Of a stretch of DNA of 64,000 nucleotides, positions 36,501 to 51,500 are shown piece after piece (within the stretch, counting starts at the first letter, position 1; each line of letters starts with the position of its first letter). The notes under the pieces are model-generated. The model ran no database searches. It saw nothing but the letters and a program-made list of their open reading frames with translations, and was not told the DNA's origin. Source of the stretch: Lama guanicoe (taxonomy: Eukaryota). The translations under genes were made by a program, and so were the position numbers. The DNA lies in contig MU054187.1 in the NCBI GenBank assembly GCA_013239625.1, positions 13,486,974-13,550,973 of the forward strand. Direction: 5' to 3'.

Positions 36501-39500
36501 GGGACCAAATGATAGCAATTGTAGAAAATGACTGCTTTCTTTATTAAAAAATAAAGAGGTAGGCTACATGGCAGACACAGACATCAAACTGTAAATCTGG
36601 AATTCTTTCCAAGCTCCTTCCTGGAACAATTGTACCAAAACATGACAGAACCCACAGAGAGACTACTTGGATGAGGAAAACACTCAACTTACATTGAGGG
36701 TTTTCAGAGGTTCGTACGTAACGTCCTGTATAGGTGTTACCTTTTTGGTGAATTCTAACGGACATTGAAGATACCTGAAATTATACTCAATCTGTAGGAG
36801 ATAAAATTAAAAAAAAATTACAGTCTAGTGTAAGCCCCAAAAGTAGTTCTTCACAAATCAAATATGCAAGCTTGTAATTCTGCTGAAAATCAAATGTTTC
36901 AAATAAAGTCGGGTCATTTCATTGGAAGAAAAGTAAATTAAGTTATTCTGTATTAGTTTCAAAAAATAAATGTCCTAGAAGGCTGTTATTTGATTGCTTT
37001 ATAACTTACAGTTGTGGGGAAAAAAATGAATTCTCAAAAGACCACTTAGATCTTTAAGAATTTCATTCTTCAGGCAATATGACCCAAGATAATATAAAGA
37101 CTAGAAACACTCCAAAGTAATGCTATTAGGAACAATTAAAATACTGGGAGAAAACTGAGGATCTAAGGAAAAATTTCCTCACAAGTAGAAAATAATCTGA
37201 AAATGAAGATAGTTATCATCTTCTGAGATTGTAGAACTTTAATAACATTATTTTTAATATTTCTTAAATAATTATAATAAACTAAGTTTTTACAATAAAA
37301 TAAACTTACGTGGTAGTCGTGGGAGGACTTGTCTTCTGTGGAAGGTATCATGCAGAAATCTAAAAGTACCTTTGAGAGAGGAAAACCAGCTAAGCTACTG
37401 GGCAGGAGACTAGATATGAGATGAGGTTTGATTCCATTTCTAAACTGCCACCTGAGATATTCCCTTCCCCTTCCTTTGCTTCTTGCACCTCAAAGATAAA
37501 CTATAATTTAAGTCATTCAGGAACAAAGTCTAAAATACGAAGTGTTACAAGTACCACTGCATTCCTTAGAAATACCAAGTGATTCAGAAAAATATCATGC
37601 ACTTGAGAATGAAATTACATTTACAAAAATGTGGGTAAGAAATAATCCGTTGGTTTTGCCTAAGACTTGATGTCTTCCTGGGCTTCTAGAAAATATATTA
37701 GATGATTAAGGTTTCCTTTGCTCAGCATCTTCTAGTGATAACTTATCGTTCCTGATCGAGACCTTTCGGCTGAGCACTGGGGTCTTCCCGTGGTCTAGGT
37801 CTCATCTCCTGAGTCACTTGAGCTTGGAGTACCATATTTGCTTCCGTACCTCACTTACAGAGCAAAGCGGGCCAAGTATCCATCCAGAGTGGTATGGACA
37901 GGATAGTGGCCAGAGATGTGATAACGAGAAACAGTTAAGGTCCTCTAGATGCTCGAAAAGGGAGAAAACAGTTTAAGAATTAAGCATTAGACCTGTCCCT
38001 AGGCTGTGGGGACAAACATTTTTGTGTGGTCTCTGTCTACAGGGAAATGATTTGAGTCACCCCAAATCTGTGTGTTGGGACCTTTCTGGTGGCTCAGATT
38101 CACGATCCTAAGAAAGATTGCTCAGTCAGACTGCCCTCCTGGAATTGGATGTGGACACAGGGCCCAGATGACTGCATCAATATGTCCCTTGGAGTTCCTG
38201 GGGCATCTGGTTGACCCCATCTGCAGGACAAGGGTAGAGGGTTGGAGAGCACCCTGAAGATGAGAAACAGGGAACTGGGCCTTACTGGGAGGGCTGTCCA
38301 TCCTGGCTGGTCTCAAGCACCAGAACAGAGGGACTTAAAAATTTCAAGGAAGTCTCTGCTGGTGACCAGGAGGCAGTACTGGGAATCATAAAAGGCATCA
38401 TGAAAAATAAAGGCAAGACTAGTCAGCAGTGCTGTGCAAGGCAGAAGCAGAGAGGCAGGTCTGGCTGTGACAGTCCAAGAGCTTTGTCATAAGCAGCTCA
38501 GGCAAAGTGAGGCTGGGCTGCCTGGGGAGGGGGGAGTGGAGGAGGGATGGTGTAAGTTATTCAAATGTGTGGTGTGAGGCTGAACTGAAAGACTTTTAAT
38601 TTCCTCTACTTAGAAACATACTCACAACACTAAAAGAAGACCAAGTCACTACAGAAAACTAACTAGAAAGCACATAGTAACATAGAAAAAAAGAAAAAAC
38701 CAACTGTAATCCCACAAACTGTGCTCATGATTAGTATTTGGGTATAATTTCTTTTCTATGTTTTCCATATGTGAACATTTCTACCATACATTTTTCACTA
38801 TGATTAATAAAGCTGCAGGAAACATCATTACATGTAAAGCTGTCTGTACCTCTGGTTTATTCATTAGGACAGATTCCAACAACTGGAATTACTGAGTGAG
38901 AAAATCTGAGGTCATTTTCAATCCTGAATATTTATGTGCCTTTGGATGAGCTTTATGCATCTAAAATGCTAATCTAGGAACTGGACTGGCTCCAATTTCC
39001 ATTAGACATCCTTCAGAAAAGTGCCCAAGAAGCACTTAGCACACACTAAGTGCTTACTAAATAAATAAAAGTAGTGTTAGTAGTAGTGCTAATAACCACA
39101 TAAGCAGTGTAAAAAGAGTAGGATCTATACCATCCTGAACAGTTTTTACATTTTACCTCTAAATTTTGTAATCACTTCATCACTTCAAAAGATCAATATC
39201 AGCATCACTGTTTTAGAGATTTAGAAAATAAATAATGACGCTCAGAGACGTGAAATGACCCACCGAAAGCAGCAGAACAAGAGGCAGAGCCAGGACTAAA
39301 CCCTGGGGCCACCTGGCTCCAGATCTGGCCCTCTATCCCCTGTCTCACTGCCTCTTCCAGTATTTGAATATGCTTTTCTCTTCAAATGGCATTTGAAGTC
39401 ATTTTTTTTTCTTGATTATTCTACCTCTGTCCCAATCCCAACTTTCCCAGGAGGTCTTTTATCCGCATCCTGCAACACTCACGAGCCCCACAGTTCATGC

Positions 39501-42491
39501 ATATTTGACTTGGAGCTGGTGTGCAGCCTGCCAGGTGTTATGTTTAATCCAGCACAGAGTCACACGTGCAAAGGCCCACAGAGGCCAGGCACGTACTGGA
39601 AGTGAGTGAACTGTGCCAGCCTAAGAAATCTTTCCTACTGTTCTTGAAATGTGGGCTCTCTCTGTGCTGCCTTTAATCTTCACGGGTTGGGTAGAGGCAC
39701 ATGCAGAAAAATCTATGGGTTGGGTAGAGGCACATGCAGAGAACTATGAGGAAAACAACTGCACAAGAATGAGAATACATGGCAACCAACGCTCGATATG
39801 AGAACTGAGTATCCAAAAGGAAGAGGTGGGGTGTGTCAAATGGAGTGCACCTGCCCCTGGTAAAGGAAGCCCCTGCTACTCAGCCCAGTGATTCCTGCCT
39901 TGTGAGGAGGTAGCCCAGTCACTAGACCTTCTGATTTCCATATAAAGCCAGATACTGGATAAGGAAAGCATCCTGGTTTTAAATATTAGCAACTAAAGCA
40001 AACTTGAAACAATAACATGCATGCCCCAAAAAACTACATCTAGAGGCATTAATCAGCCAGAAACCAGCACTAGTGGTCTCTGCTCTAGATGTGGATTGTT
40101 TAAACACAAAATCTAACATATTTTCCTACATTGCACATAACAACTAATAGGATTTTTTAGTCCCAGTAGGTCCTTCTCAAACATTGGTTGGCTAAATTCC
40201 CTTAGAACCTATATAAAACTAGAAACTTAACTTCACTTTTAAGATGGAAATTACTATGATTTAGGTTGTAATTACAGCAGTAAATCCTTACATTTTTATT
40301 ATATGCCAAGCATATACCCAGAAGGAGTTTTGCTTTGAGAACTTACCTTCATGCATTCAGGGAGGTATTCTACCATTTCCAAGACTGGACATTTATTGCT
40401 TGGAGAATAATGACTAAAAACCATAAAACATTCTTCCCATCTGCAAAGAAATAATAATAATAATAATAATAATAATGTTATTATTATTATTATATATAAT
40501 AATAATAATAATGCAGCAACAATTCTTAATCCTTCTGCTCTGTGCAACAACAAACATACCAGCTGAAACTCAAGATTATATCTTTAGGAGAAACTGAATT
40601 AGTTCCAGTGGAATCAATATGTGAACCAAGATCAGTCCAGTAGACTCCTTGTCCATTAATGGAAATTAGACATGTGGCAAATTCCAGGATGGCTGTTATA
40701 ATCACTGTTCTATCTCTTATCTAAATGCCTTCTCAGGAAGGCAGAGCTTTGCCTTGTTTTCCTCCTGAAGTCATGACATGTTACGTACTTTCAGAGCTGG
40801 CCATGCGAGATAGAGGTACCCACCTTCATGTACCTACAACAGCAGCAAGGTACTGGGCACACGATACTTTACATTTAATCCAGGTATACACCATGTACTG
40901 CATTAAACTAACTAAACTACAAAATAACATGTATCAAGTACATTCATAAATATGGGCTCTGTCAGAACACAGCAGATTTGCCCCTTTCCTTATTGCCATC
41001 CAGTTGGACGGCGTAAGAAGATGCTCATGATACCAAGGGTGAAATAAATCTACAACAGAAAGTAGAAAGAGATCATTTATCTCCAAGAGCCTATCTTTGC
41101 AATAAGAGTCTAGCTCTAAAAACTACCCAAATTTTCTGTTAACCCATCCAGGAAATCTGTATAATCAACAGAAAACTTCAGTTGCACACTTGCCTTGACT
41201 AGTGTTTCAAAGGAATAATCAGCAGGGAAATCTGGAGACTGTCTGTGCTCCAAAGCACAGGCTTGGTCTGCCTTGAATATGAGATTGTTCACCTCTGTGT
41301 CCACTACTGGGTGACCCTGGGCCCTGGTGCTTATCTATCTGTGATTATACAAAATAGTTTATATTCAACACATGGGACAAACTATCCTCCAACTTCATCA
41401 TTAAAACTCTTTAGGATTTAAAACCCCACAGCCACAACCACAAAAGATCATGTGTTAAAGAAAATTCCTTTTGGTGGCACTGGTAACAACACAGATTTAC
41501 CTCGGAGAATATTTTCACCAACATCCAGTTTTGGGGTCTCCATCAGCAGGAGAGCATCAGGCAAGTTCAGGTGGGGCAGGGCAGAGTTTGTCAGACAACG
41601 ACCATAGTGCCAGACTACACACACCCAGACCCTGTGAGCCTCATGGGAGTGCTAGGAAGGTGGTTTATGCACCCATGATTTATAAATGGAAACTGAAGAT
41701 CAGGGAGGTTAAGTAGCATGTCTATTGTAACCCAAAAAGTTCACTGAAAATTTTATGTAAACAACTAACATTTTAAAATGTTGATTGATTTTATTTGGAT
41801 CTGTCTCCTAAAGCAAAGGGAATAAAGGCAAAAATAAACCAATGGGACCTAATTAAACTTAAAAGCATTTGCACAGCAAAGGAAACTGTTGACAAAACAA
41901 AAAGATAACCTCTTGAATGGAAGAAAATATTTGCCAATGATATGACCAACAAGGAGTTAATATCCAAAATATATAAACAGCTCATACAACTCAACATCAA
42001 AAAATAAATGAAAGAAGCAAACAAAAAAGCAAACCCAACATGATTAAAAAATGGGCAGAAAACCTGAATAGACATTTTTCCAAAGAAGATGTGCAGATGG
42101 TCCACAGGTACATGAAGAGATACTCAACATTGCTAATTACCAGAGAAATGCAAATCAAAGCTATGATGAGAGTATCACCTCATACCTGTTAGAATGGCTA
42201 TCATTAAAAAGAACACAAATAGCAAATGTTGGCGAGGGTGTGGAGAAAAGAGAACACTGTTGGTGAGAAATTGGTAGTCACGGTGAAAAACAGTATGGAA
42301 GGTCCTCAAAAAACTAAAAACAGAACTATCATACGACCCAGCAATTCCACTCCTGGGTATATATCCAAAGAAAACAACACTAACTCAAAAAGATACATGC
42401 ACCCCAATGTTCACAGCAGCATTATTTACAGTTGCCAAGATATGGAAGTGACTTAAGTATTAGTCAACAGATGAGCGGATAAAGAAGTTGT

Positions 42492-42539
<48 letters not shown>

Positions 42540-45500
42540 TATATATATATATACGGTGGAATACTATTCAGCCATAAAGAGTGAAATTTGCAACAATGTG
42601 GGTGGACATGGAGGGTATTATGCTAAGTGAAATAAGTCAGACAGAGAAAACTGCTTCCTCTCAGGTTGTGAATAAGCCCTGATGCCAGAGGCTGGTGGAC
42701 GGGAAGGCAGGGTACCGTTTGTTCTTGATGGTCGTGAGAACCACCTCCTTTCTCTTATTGTGAATTGCAACGTGCAGAAAGGAGGCCAGCTGCTTGTTGA
42801 GGACGATGTCGGCATTGTAGCTCAGGAGCAGTGCGACGGCCTTGGCGTGGCCCTCTCTTGCCGCAAAGTGGAGCGCAGTGTTCTTTCAGAGAAAACAGAA
42901 CCACAAACAATCTGGTGACAATGGCTGCTCATCCTGTGGCTATTTTACTGCTTTGTCTCACTGTTGAACTGCTTAAAAGAAATTACTGACAAAGCTACTT
43001 AATAGTAAGTACTTAAAATTGAAAACTGGTGTTCAGAATCAAGCTTCAAAATAAAGAGTTTCTAATACAAATATTGCGTGTGTTTGCATATGTGTGTGTG
43101 TGTGTAGGGTGGGGTTGGGAGGCCTGTGTGTGTGTGTGTAAATGTGAATTCCAAGTGGATGGCTTTGCTTCTTTTTTGCAGTCAGTGGGATGTTTCCACA
43201 GGGACAGAAGAGAAGCTTTTAGGGTGAGGATGTTGGAACAAACACAGAAGAAAATACTTCTGGAGATTAATCGTCCATTATCGAATTGGTTTCCAGATAC
43301 TAGATTTTCACAGGCTTGTAAAAATTTTTTTAAATCAGAAATCACTGTAAAGTTGCCAATCTTTAGTTTTGCCACATAAACACATACTAAAAAGCGATGA
43401 TAGTCCTCTGTCTCCATCATTCCGTGAAAGACTGTATATTTCAATACTTGCTTTCCAAAACAGGAGGAAGGATGTCACAGTGGAATAAAGGGCAGTCTTT
43501 CAAATCAAATCCACTTAGTTTCAGGGAAAACTTACCCCTGCTATCTTCATTGCCCTCGGTTCACCAGGGAATAATGAAAATTGTGGGCAGGCCTCTGTGA
43601 GGCTGAACAGGTGTCCTCAACATGCACCCAGCCCTTCGTATTGTCTCCTTATTCTGTTCCCCTTTTACTCACTAAGGGCCTACATAGTGAGAACCCAATG
43701 AAAGACCATGAATAGAGCAAGGACAGGAAGGGGGTAGCTAAGAAGGCTTCCTGCAATTTTGGAAGTTTCCTCTGTGCCAAGATTTTAGGTAGGTGTGAGG
43801 AACATGTTACATACCCCTTCTTCATCTGGCCGATCCGCGCACTTCATATTAGTGTCAAGAATGACCTTCATGGTCTGAGTGTACCCGCCCAAGGAAGCGT
43901 GATGCAAAGCAGTCCAGCCATTGTGGTCACTGTTCAAGAGTCAAGAAAAACCTTTGTGTTCACCTTACAGATGAAAGGTGGGAAAGGATGCCACCCATTT
44001 GAAAGGTGGGTCTAATGACTAAGGGTAAAAATAGCATATCTGAGATATCTCAGTTCTAGCAACTAAATATTAATTACATATTTCTAACAAATGAGCTAAT
44101 TTTAAGCCTAATTGGATGAAGGTAGTCAAAAGGTACAAACTCCCAGTTATAAGATAAATAAATCCTAGGGATGTAGTGTGTGACATGGTAAGTATAATGA
44201 ACACTGCTGTATGTTATAAATGGAAGTTCTTAACAGAGTAAATCCTGAGTTCTCAACACAAAGAAAAAAATGTTTCTTTTTCCTCTTTTTTTGTATCTGT
44301 GTGAGACTATGGATCTTTGCAAAACTTACTGTGGTAATCTTTTCATGATGCATAAAAGTCAAATAACTAAAGCTGGGCACTTTAAACTTATACAGCATCA
44401 ATTATATCTCCAAAAATTGGAAGGAAAATAAATAAAAGTAAATGAAAGTGTATAAACACATTATCAAATAATCGGGGTGGATGAAACTAGAATTAGCATA
44501 TCTATGTCATACAAAATTTTTTCAAGGCTGTAATGTACTTATACACACTATCTTAAAATTATCCTTTAATTGAATATTGTATCAAAAAATTTCCATGATG
44601 GTGGTATTCATCTTTGTGGCCACTAGTTATGGCTAATAATAATGATAATGATAATAACATCATCTTCCAGAACATGGCTATAAGATATTTAACTTAGGGC
44701 CACTTATTTTTCTAAGAGTTCAGGTCTGAAGAGATCTTTTTCTTGTGCTCCCAAAGATGCTTATTTAATCCCTTTAAGAAATGTTTGTCCATTCTCACAG
44801 AAATTCAGGATGTAAATACAGTGAAGACTTGCCTTTTTTCCAAATCAGAAATAGAAAAAAAGCATGAGATCTTGACACAATTTAATTTCAGGGCTAGTGA
44901 GCACCTGTTTTAGGGTGCAAGAGCCACCTCACTATTTCCATTATGCTGTAATTAAGCAACAACTTTCGGGCCTGGGTTCTCCCGGGGTCCCCTCTGCAGG
45001 TCTGCTGTCTGGTGTCCCCTTGGAGGCAGGAAGGATTTAAGGAGAGCATTCATTTCTTGGCTGCATCACTGCTTTGCTGGGATTGGCACCCCGATAAAGA
45101 AATGTGGCTTTGAACATTAGCCTAAATGAGCAATTTTGCTACCACCTTGGTACGATCAGAAATTAGCTCATCACACCTCTATAAAACTTTTCTGGATTTT
45201 CCTTCTCTTTTTACAGAGGTGTTGTTTAATGATGCCACCTTTTATTAGGCTCAATCATTTTTCTTTGGTTTTGCTCCTTGTGTTAGATTTCCTTTAAGTA
45301 TAATGAAATTCAGGAAATTTTTAAGTCTCATGTTATAGCATAAAGGGAGCCTTTCTGTCCATTATTCATCAGATTGAATGAAAAGTAGAGTCTTTGATTT
45401 GTAGTGTGTGTGTGTGTGTGTGTATGTGTGTGTGTGTACGCGCGTGCGCATGTGCTGTTTTGTATCTGCATAAACAGATCGTAGCGTGACGAAGGACAAT

Positions 45501-48500
45501 ATGAGGAGCTGTTACTTTGGAGGTTCTGGAAACTACTCTGTACAAAGCCAGTTATTCTGTGACTTTGAACAAGGCCTTCAGCTCTATAAACCTCAATGTT
45601 TTCATCTGTCAATGGGAACTAATACTGACTTCCCTTTCCATATTGGAGAAGTCATATAAGTAAGATGAGTAAAAGTACTTAGTGAGAAAGTTAGATATCA
45701 TAATTAAAAATAAAATAGAAAAACAGCCTGAAAATGACTAACCAATTAAAAAGAATATATAAAAATTCCAGTCCTATAGTCTCACCTGAGAAATAATGCA
45801 CCTTTTTTCAGAAGAAGTTGAACTACTTTGTCATGCCCATTTTTTGCAGCCAGGTGGAGAGGAGTCATCCCATGAAGGTCACCTTCATTCAAAAGCCTCC
45901 TGTCGCTCATGTCTTGCAGGAGCCTCTGACAGGTGTTAATGCGCCCATAACTTGAAAAAAAAGTCCGTTTCATACTTTCAAAGCAAATATTAGAGAGAAG
46001 ACACGCTCATGTGTCATTTAAACTGACCCTTACCTGGCTGCAAAATGCAGGGGTGATTTCTTATCTTTGCTTTTGGAGTGAATGGACACATTGAAGTCAA
46101 GCAGGTTATTTACAGAGACAGGGACCCCCTGTCTACATGCATAATGTAGGGGAGTACACCCATCGTTGTCTTCATCCATTACCAGCTGTTTAATATGTTG
46201 CATCTATGGGAAAAATTAATATTCAAAGTATAATTCTGGTATGATGCTAATACAGTATTTTTCAAACTATTCTGTAGGATAGTATTTTCCAACAAGGGCC
46301 AATATGGATCCAGTGAGGGCAAAAATATAAATAACCTAAAGGGTACTTGAGTAAAATAAATGTGGATGATGGCGCATGCTCTGTCTCTCTGTAATGTACA
46401 TTACCAGAGGCTCTGAGAAATCCTAAGGAAAATAAATGTATTTAACATTTATAACCCAACATTTTTCAAATGTATTTGACTATGAACCACCTCCCTCACC
46501 CCACCAAATAACACTTAACAGCTTAATGCTAATGTGCTCTGTTAGGCAAAAGGGACGAGATGTTAAAATTAGGGACACTCTATATTTATCTTTATATGTA
46601 TATTAAATAAAAAATGCATGGCAAATGAGCAGCTTAAATAAATCCATAAACAGGGGAAGGTATAGCTCAAGTGGTAGAGCAAATGCTTAGCATGCACAAG
46701 GTCCTGGATTCAACCCCCAGTACCTCCTCTAAAAATAAATAGATATAAATACCTAATTACCCCCCCAAAAAAAAACTCAGAAAAGGAAAAAAGAAAATCT
46801 TGAACAGTTTGCTTTGTCATATAAAAGAGAAGACACATGATTGCCAAAAATATCTTGTCTCATTCTATAGTATATAGCCCTTCACATAACACGCGTTCAA
46901 TAAATGTCCATTCAGGAAATTGTAACTGACTACCCTTCAATAAAAAGAATATTAAGTGGTGGAGAAAGATTCAAAAAACTATTTTAAAAAGTCCATAAAC
47001 ATTTTTTTAAAATATTCAAATATACATTCTGATTCTTTAAGAAACTGACTATATTAAAATCTATTTATTATAAATACATTTATTTATCTTAAAAATATGT
47101 TGAGGATATATGGAAACTCTCCGTAACTTTGAAAACTCAATCCCAAAGTAATTTATTATCATCATCATAATCATCATTACTATGTTGTAAATAAATGGCA
47201 TCAAACATGGCGTCTTTATTTAGAAATAACTTTTAAATTCCAGTATCAGCCTTCAGAATAATAAAAATCATAATAAACAAGACCACTTTACTCTCTGCTG
47301 AACCCAGTTCAGTTTATGGAAATCCATACTTGTGTATTACCTGCATAAACTCAGGTCGCAAATTCTTTAATCCGTAAGGTTGTTGTACAGTCAAATGCAA
47401 AAAATTACGTCCAAGATGATCTTTTATGTCTACCCGGGCACCTAAAAAGCACAATATAAATATAACTTCTGCTCATTTATTTGAAGCAAGGCCTCTGGTG
47501 GATTTTCAATTTAAGAAAATAGAAGATTTTTGACCTAAAACTTTGCCAACCTTTAAGTTAAAAAAAAACTTTATTTAGGTAAGAAAACTAAAATAAAACA
47601 TTTTCAAATATCTTTACCTCAAACAGTGTGCATGTGTGTGTAAGGGGGTAGAGAATATATGATTCATTACATTAATTAATATATGAGGTCTTACCTTTTA
47701 AAACATAAAATATAAATATAGAGAGACTGGAGATCAAGAGAGAAGAGGGGAGGGTACCTTTCTTCTTTGTTGTCATATCAGGTTATTCTCTAAGGTGAGG
47801 ACAGTTACAGTATCACATAGGATGGATTCACTGAGAGAATGTAAACAAAATGTTCAGCAAAATGCCTAGAATATAATCATTCCCTTACAAATGTTTTCTA
47901 TTATTGTTCTTAAATTATCCTTTCAAGTACTGCTGGACTGCAAATTATTCTAGATACGGGAGGTATTCCATTTATCTTTGTATTGATAGCCCCTGGCTCA
48001 AAGCCTGGCACGTAATAAATGGATATTAAATGTTTAACCATATTGAGTAGTAGTTCTAAAGGCTTGGCTCGGTCCCTCTTAGTACCTTTAGAGAGGAGCA
48101 AATTTACAGTATTCCAGGATGCGGAAGCAGTTGCTAATATAAGCGGAGAACGTCCTTCGGAATCGGTGCTATCAATATCTGCTCCCTAAAATAAAACACG
48201 TCATTCACTAGAGAGCTTGTGAAATGACAAATGAGCTTACATTGCAATCTGTAAGTAATGTTAATTCATCGAGACAGAGTGTCCAAAATATGGCTAGCAC
48301 TTAAGTGTATGACTACTTTGAAACTTCCCTATGATTCATATGTTGTAAGATCGGAAATCAGGGCACTCTTTTCTAACTTCAACCACAAAAATTCTTCTCA
48401 AATGTTAATCTTTTGACTGACAGCCAGCAACAGATCTATCTTACTGCCTACGTCATAAAAATAAAATGCTTTGACCTATAACGCTACTTTGGTTCCCATT

Positions 48501-51500
48501 TTAAGAAGAGATTTTTAAATGGCCATAATAGGGAGTGGGTAATAGCTAAGGGGTAGAGCTCGTGCTTAGCAGGCACAAGGTCCTGGATTCAATCCCCAGT
48601 ACCTCCTAAGTTTATTACGTATGTGATTTCAAAAACATTCACAAGAAATTGTTCACTTTTACTGCCAAGAGAGTGAACCCTGGAAGCTCACATCACAAGG
48701 GGAAAAAAATTGCTGTAACTTTGTATGGTGACAGACAGTAGCTGGATTACTGTGGTGATCATCTTGCAGGGTATATAAATATCTAATCTGTATGTTGTAA
48801 CCTGAAACTAATATAATGTCAATTATATGTCAATTATAACTCAGTAAAAAAAGAAATTGTTCACTTTTTAAAAACACTACTTCATCTGAAATAGATGAAC
48901 TGAAATGGTTGAACTGAAATCATTCACATCCTAAAGTAAAATTCTAGCCAAATATCGAAGAGAATTAGTATTTAAAAATCACATATATATAAATGAATAA
49001 GTCAATATTTACCATTCCATGCGATGGTTTTAATATTTGCTATGACAAGAAACAAAAGCTTTTTAAAAGTTCATGGAAAGAATTCTGCCTTTTGGACAGG
49101 GTAATGTAAGTAGCTTAAATTCTGATCGTAGATATGACCCTGTTCTCCTGGGACCCACTGAACCCAGATGACCAACGCAGCCATAGCCCCTTTGAAAGCA
49201 TGATGGTGGTCAGTGAGGTCCTGTTCTGGTCCTCTTGCCAGGTAAAGAGATGGCTGTATTAGCAGGAAACCGTGCATGGCAAAACTATGGTATAGAATGA
49301 GCCTTCCCAGGATTCTTCTGTGTAAATATCACAGTTTCAATAGTTGCTATTGACAACAAACACATGTTAAATACTACAAACAGGGCTAGATTCATTGTTG
49401 GTATGGTGGGGCTTAAATAAATACATCATAGATTCATCTGTATAAAGGGCTAACTACAATTGAACTCAGAAGCCAGCTGATTCCACTTCTAAGGGTGAAA
49501 AAGATCTTGTGCTTTCACTCGTAACAAATCTTGGACAGCATTTTTAATTCCTCACTTTTTTTATTATTTAAAAGCTGGCACTGAGGCAGCTGGGGTAGAA
49601 GTTTACCATGGAAGGTGAAGGTTTCATGTGCTGCCTGTCCCGCCTCCACCTGAAAGCCACCTGTGCTGTAGAAGGGTCAGCAGAGTCACCACGCCCAACA
49701 CTCTCCTAGGACCCAATCACAGAAGAGCTTTCCTTGCCGTGGACTTGCCAAGTCTCCACACTAAAAACACTGATATGGGTATCAAAAGTACACATTGGTA
49801 CTTCTAACTTCCTGGAAATGAGGCTTGGCCATTATGTATTCAAACACAGTATATTCTATTTGCAAATGTATCAATCATCTTGTCATCTTTTTTTCTTCTG
49901 GTTTTATTGAGATATAATTGAAATTCAGCACTGTATATGTTTAAGGCGTACAGCAATGATTCAGCTTACATACATCATGTAATGATCAGCACAGCAACTT
50001 TAGTGAACGTCCACCATCTCAGAGACACAAAATTAAAGAAATAGAAATTTCAAGAATTTTTGCAAGTATATCAATCATCTTTTGTAAACCTTTTTACTGA
50101 TAATCAAGAAATTAAAATTTGGTTTATTTTTGAATTATTCCTAGTAGGTAATGTATGATTTTCAACTATAAATACTAATTAAAAAATAAACCTATCAATG
50201 GAATAGTTACCACTGAAATTAAGTAGTCTGCTAGTTCATGGTGATCAAATAATGAGGCTCTGCAAAAAGAGAATTACAAGCATATTAGGGAACTATTGAT
50301 ATAAATACATAAAATAAAGCTACTGTATTCAGAAAGTGAATTTAAAGGATCATTTAATAACATGATAAAATGCTAGAGAATTAATAACCTTTCAAAATCT
50401 GTAACTGATTCTGATTAGGGTCATTTTTCAAAGTAAGAGTAATAGAGAAAGGCCAAATGCATCATAAGATTTTCTTCCTCATCATTTCATAAACCTATTT
50501 TCTCTATGTAAAATCATGAAGATGTTCTGAAGTGAACAGTAAAGTATGTCCTAAGAGCTTAAAATGAAAGACAAAAGAACTGGCTGTTACCACTGCGACC
50601 ATGAGGGAAAACAAAAGTTGCTATAAGGTTCACCCAACATTTATCTGCAGGATTCCAAATGCCCCCCTTTTTGGCCAAGTTAACAAGGTAGTGTTAGCTT
50701 TCCTAAAGTTTTATGAAGCAAAAAAAAAAAAATGATGGAGCGAGTTGAAGTCAGTGGATACCATCTCAACCAGTCATAAGGATAATGTTCATTAATAAAG
50801 CAAATAAAAATGAAATGTTTAATCTTTATTATAGGACCACCATAACAAATGCTAATAGTAATGATTTTAAAGTTTGTGTTTCCTACTGAAAATTTTATTT
50901 CTTCGTCCCTATTCAAGATTATCTCAGCAACAAAAAGAATTCTGGCCCAAAGAGTAAACTTTCCTTTGAAGTTCAAAATAAACTCCGAATTTCACTGGCT
51001 ACTAGAAGGACGTTCCAGGATCATAGATCAGTAGTAGATTCATCAGAATTGGACTGAACTTGTCTGAGAAATCTTCAGCCAATCCAAATTGCCTGTGTCC
51101 GGCTAGTCCCCAGGCTCAGGATACTTGTGAGTCAAGTTGATGGGTCTGTCTCCCTAAAATAATCCCCTCTAATGCATATTTACATATTAAAGCTGTATTC
51201 TAAATAAACACATTTTAACTATACCCAGATCACTAGGTTTCTAAATTGGCCAAACTTTGGAATCATGTTAAGAACTTAAAAAAAATTCCTGAGACCCATC
51301 AGGAATTCTGATGCAACCTGGGATATGAATGGACACTGGGGGTTTATAAACTCCGCACATAGTTCTAATGTGCAGTAGTTTGAGACTCTCTGGTCTAGAG
51401 GTTAATCTATCAATTGAGTTTTTTGTTTTCTTTCTTTCTTTTTTTTTTTGCATTTCTAAGTTTTCTAACTGGACCTTTTTCATATCACCAGTCTTTGATT

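Noticed and set aside
46653..46730. Functional tRNA-Ala gene (also 48531-48607)
   Set aside because: Imperfect stems, a SINE-type tail and a second similar copy indicate tRNA-derived SINEs.
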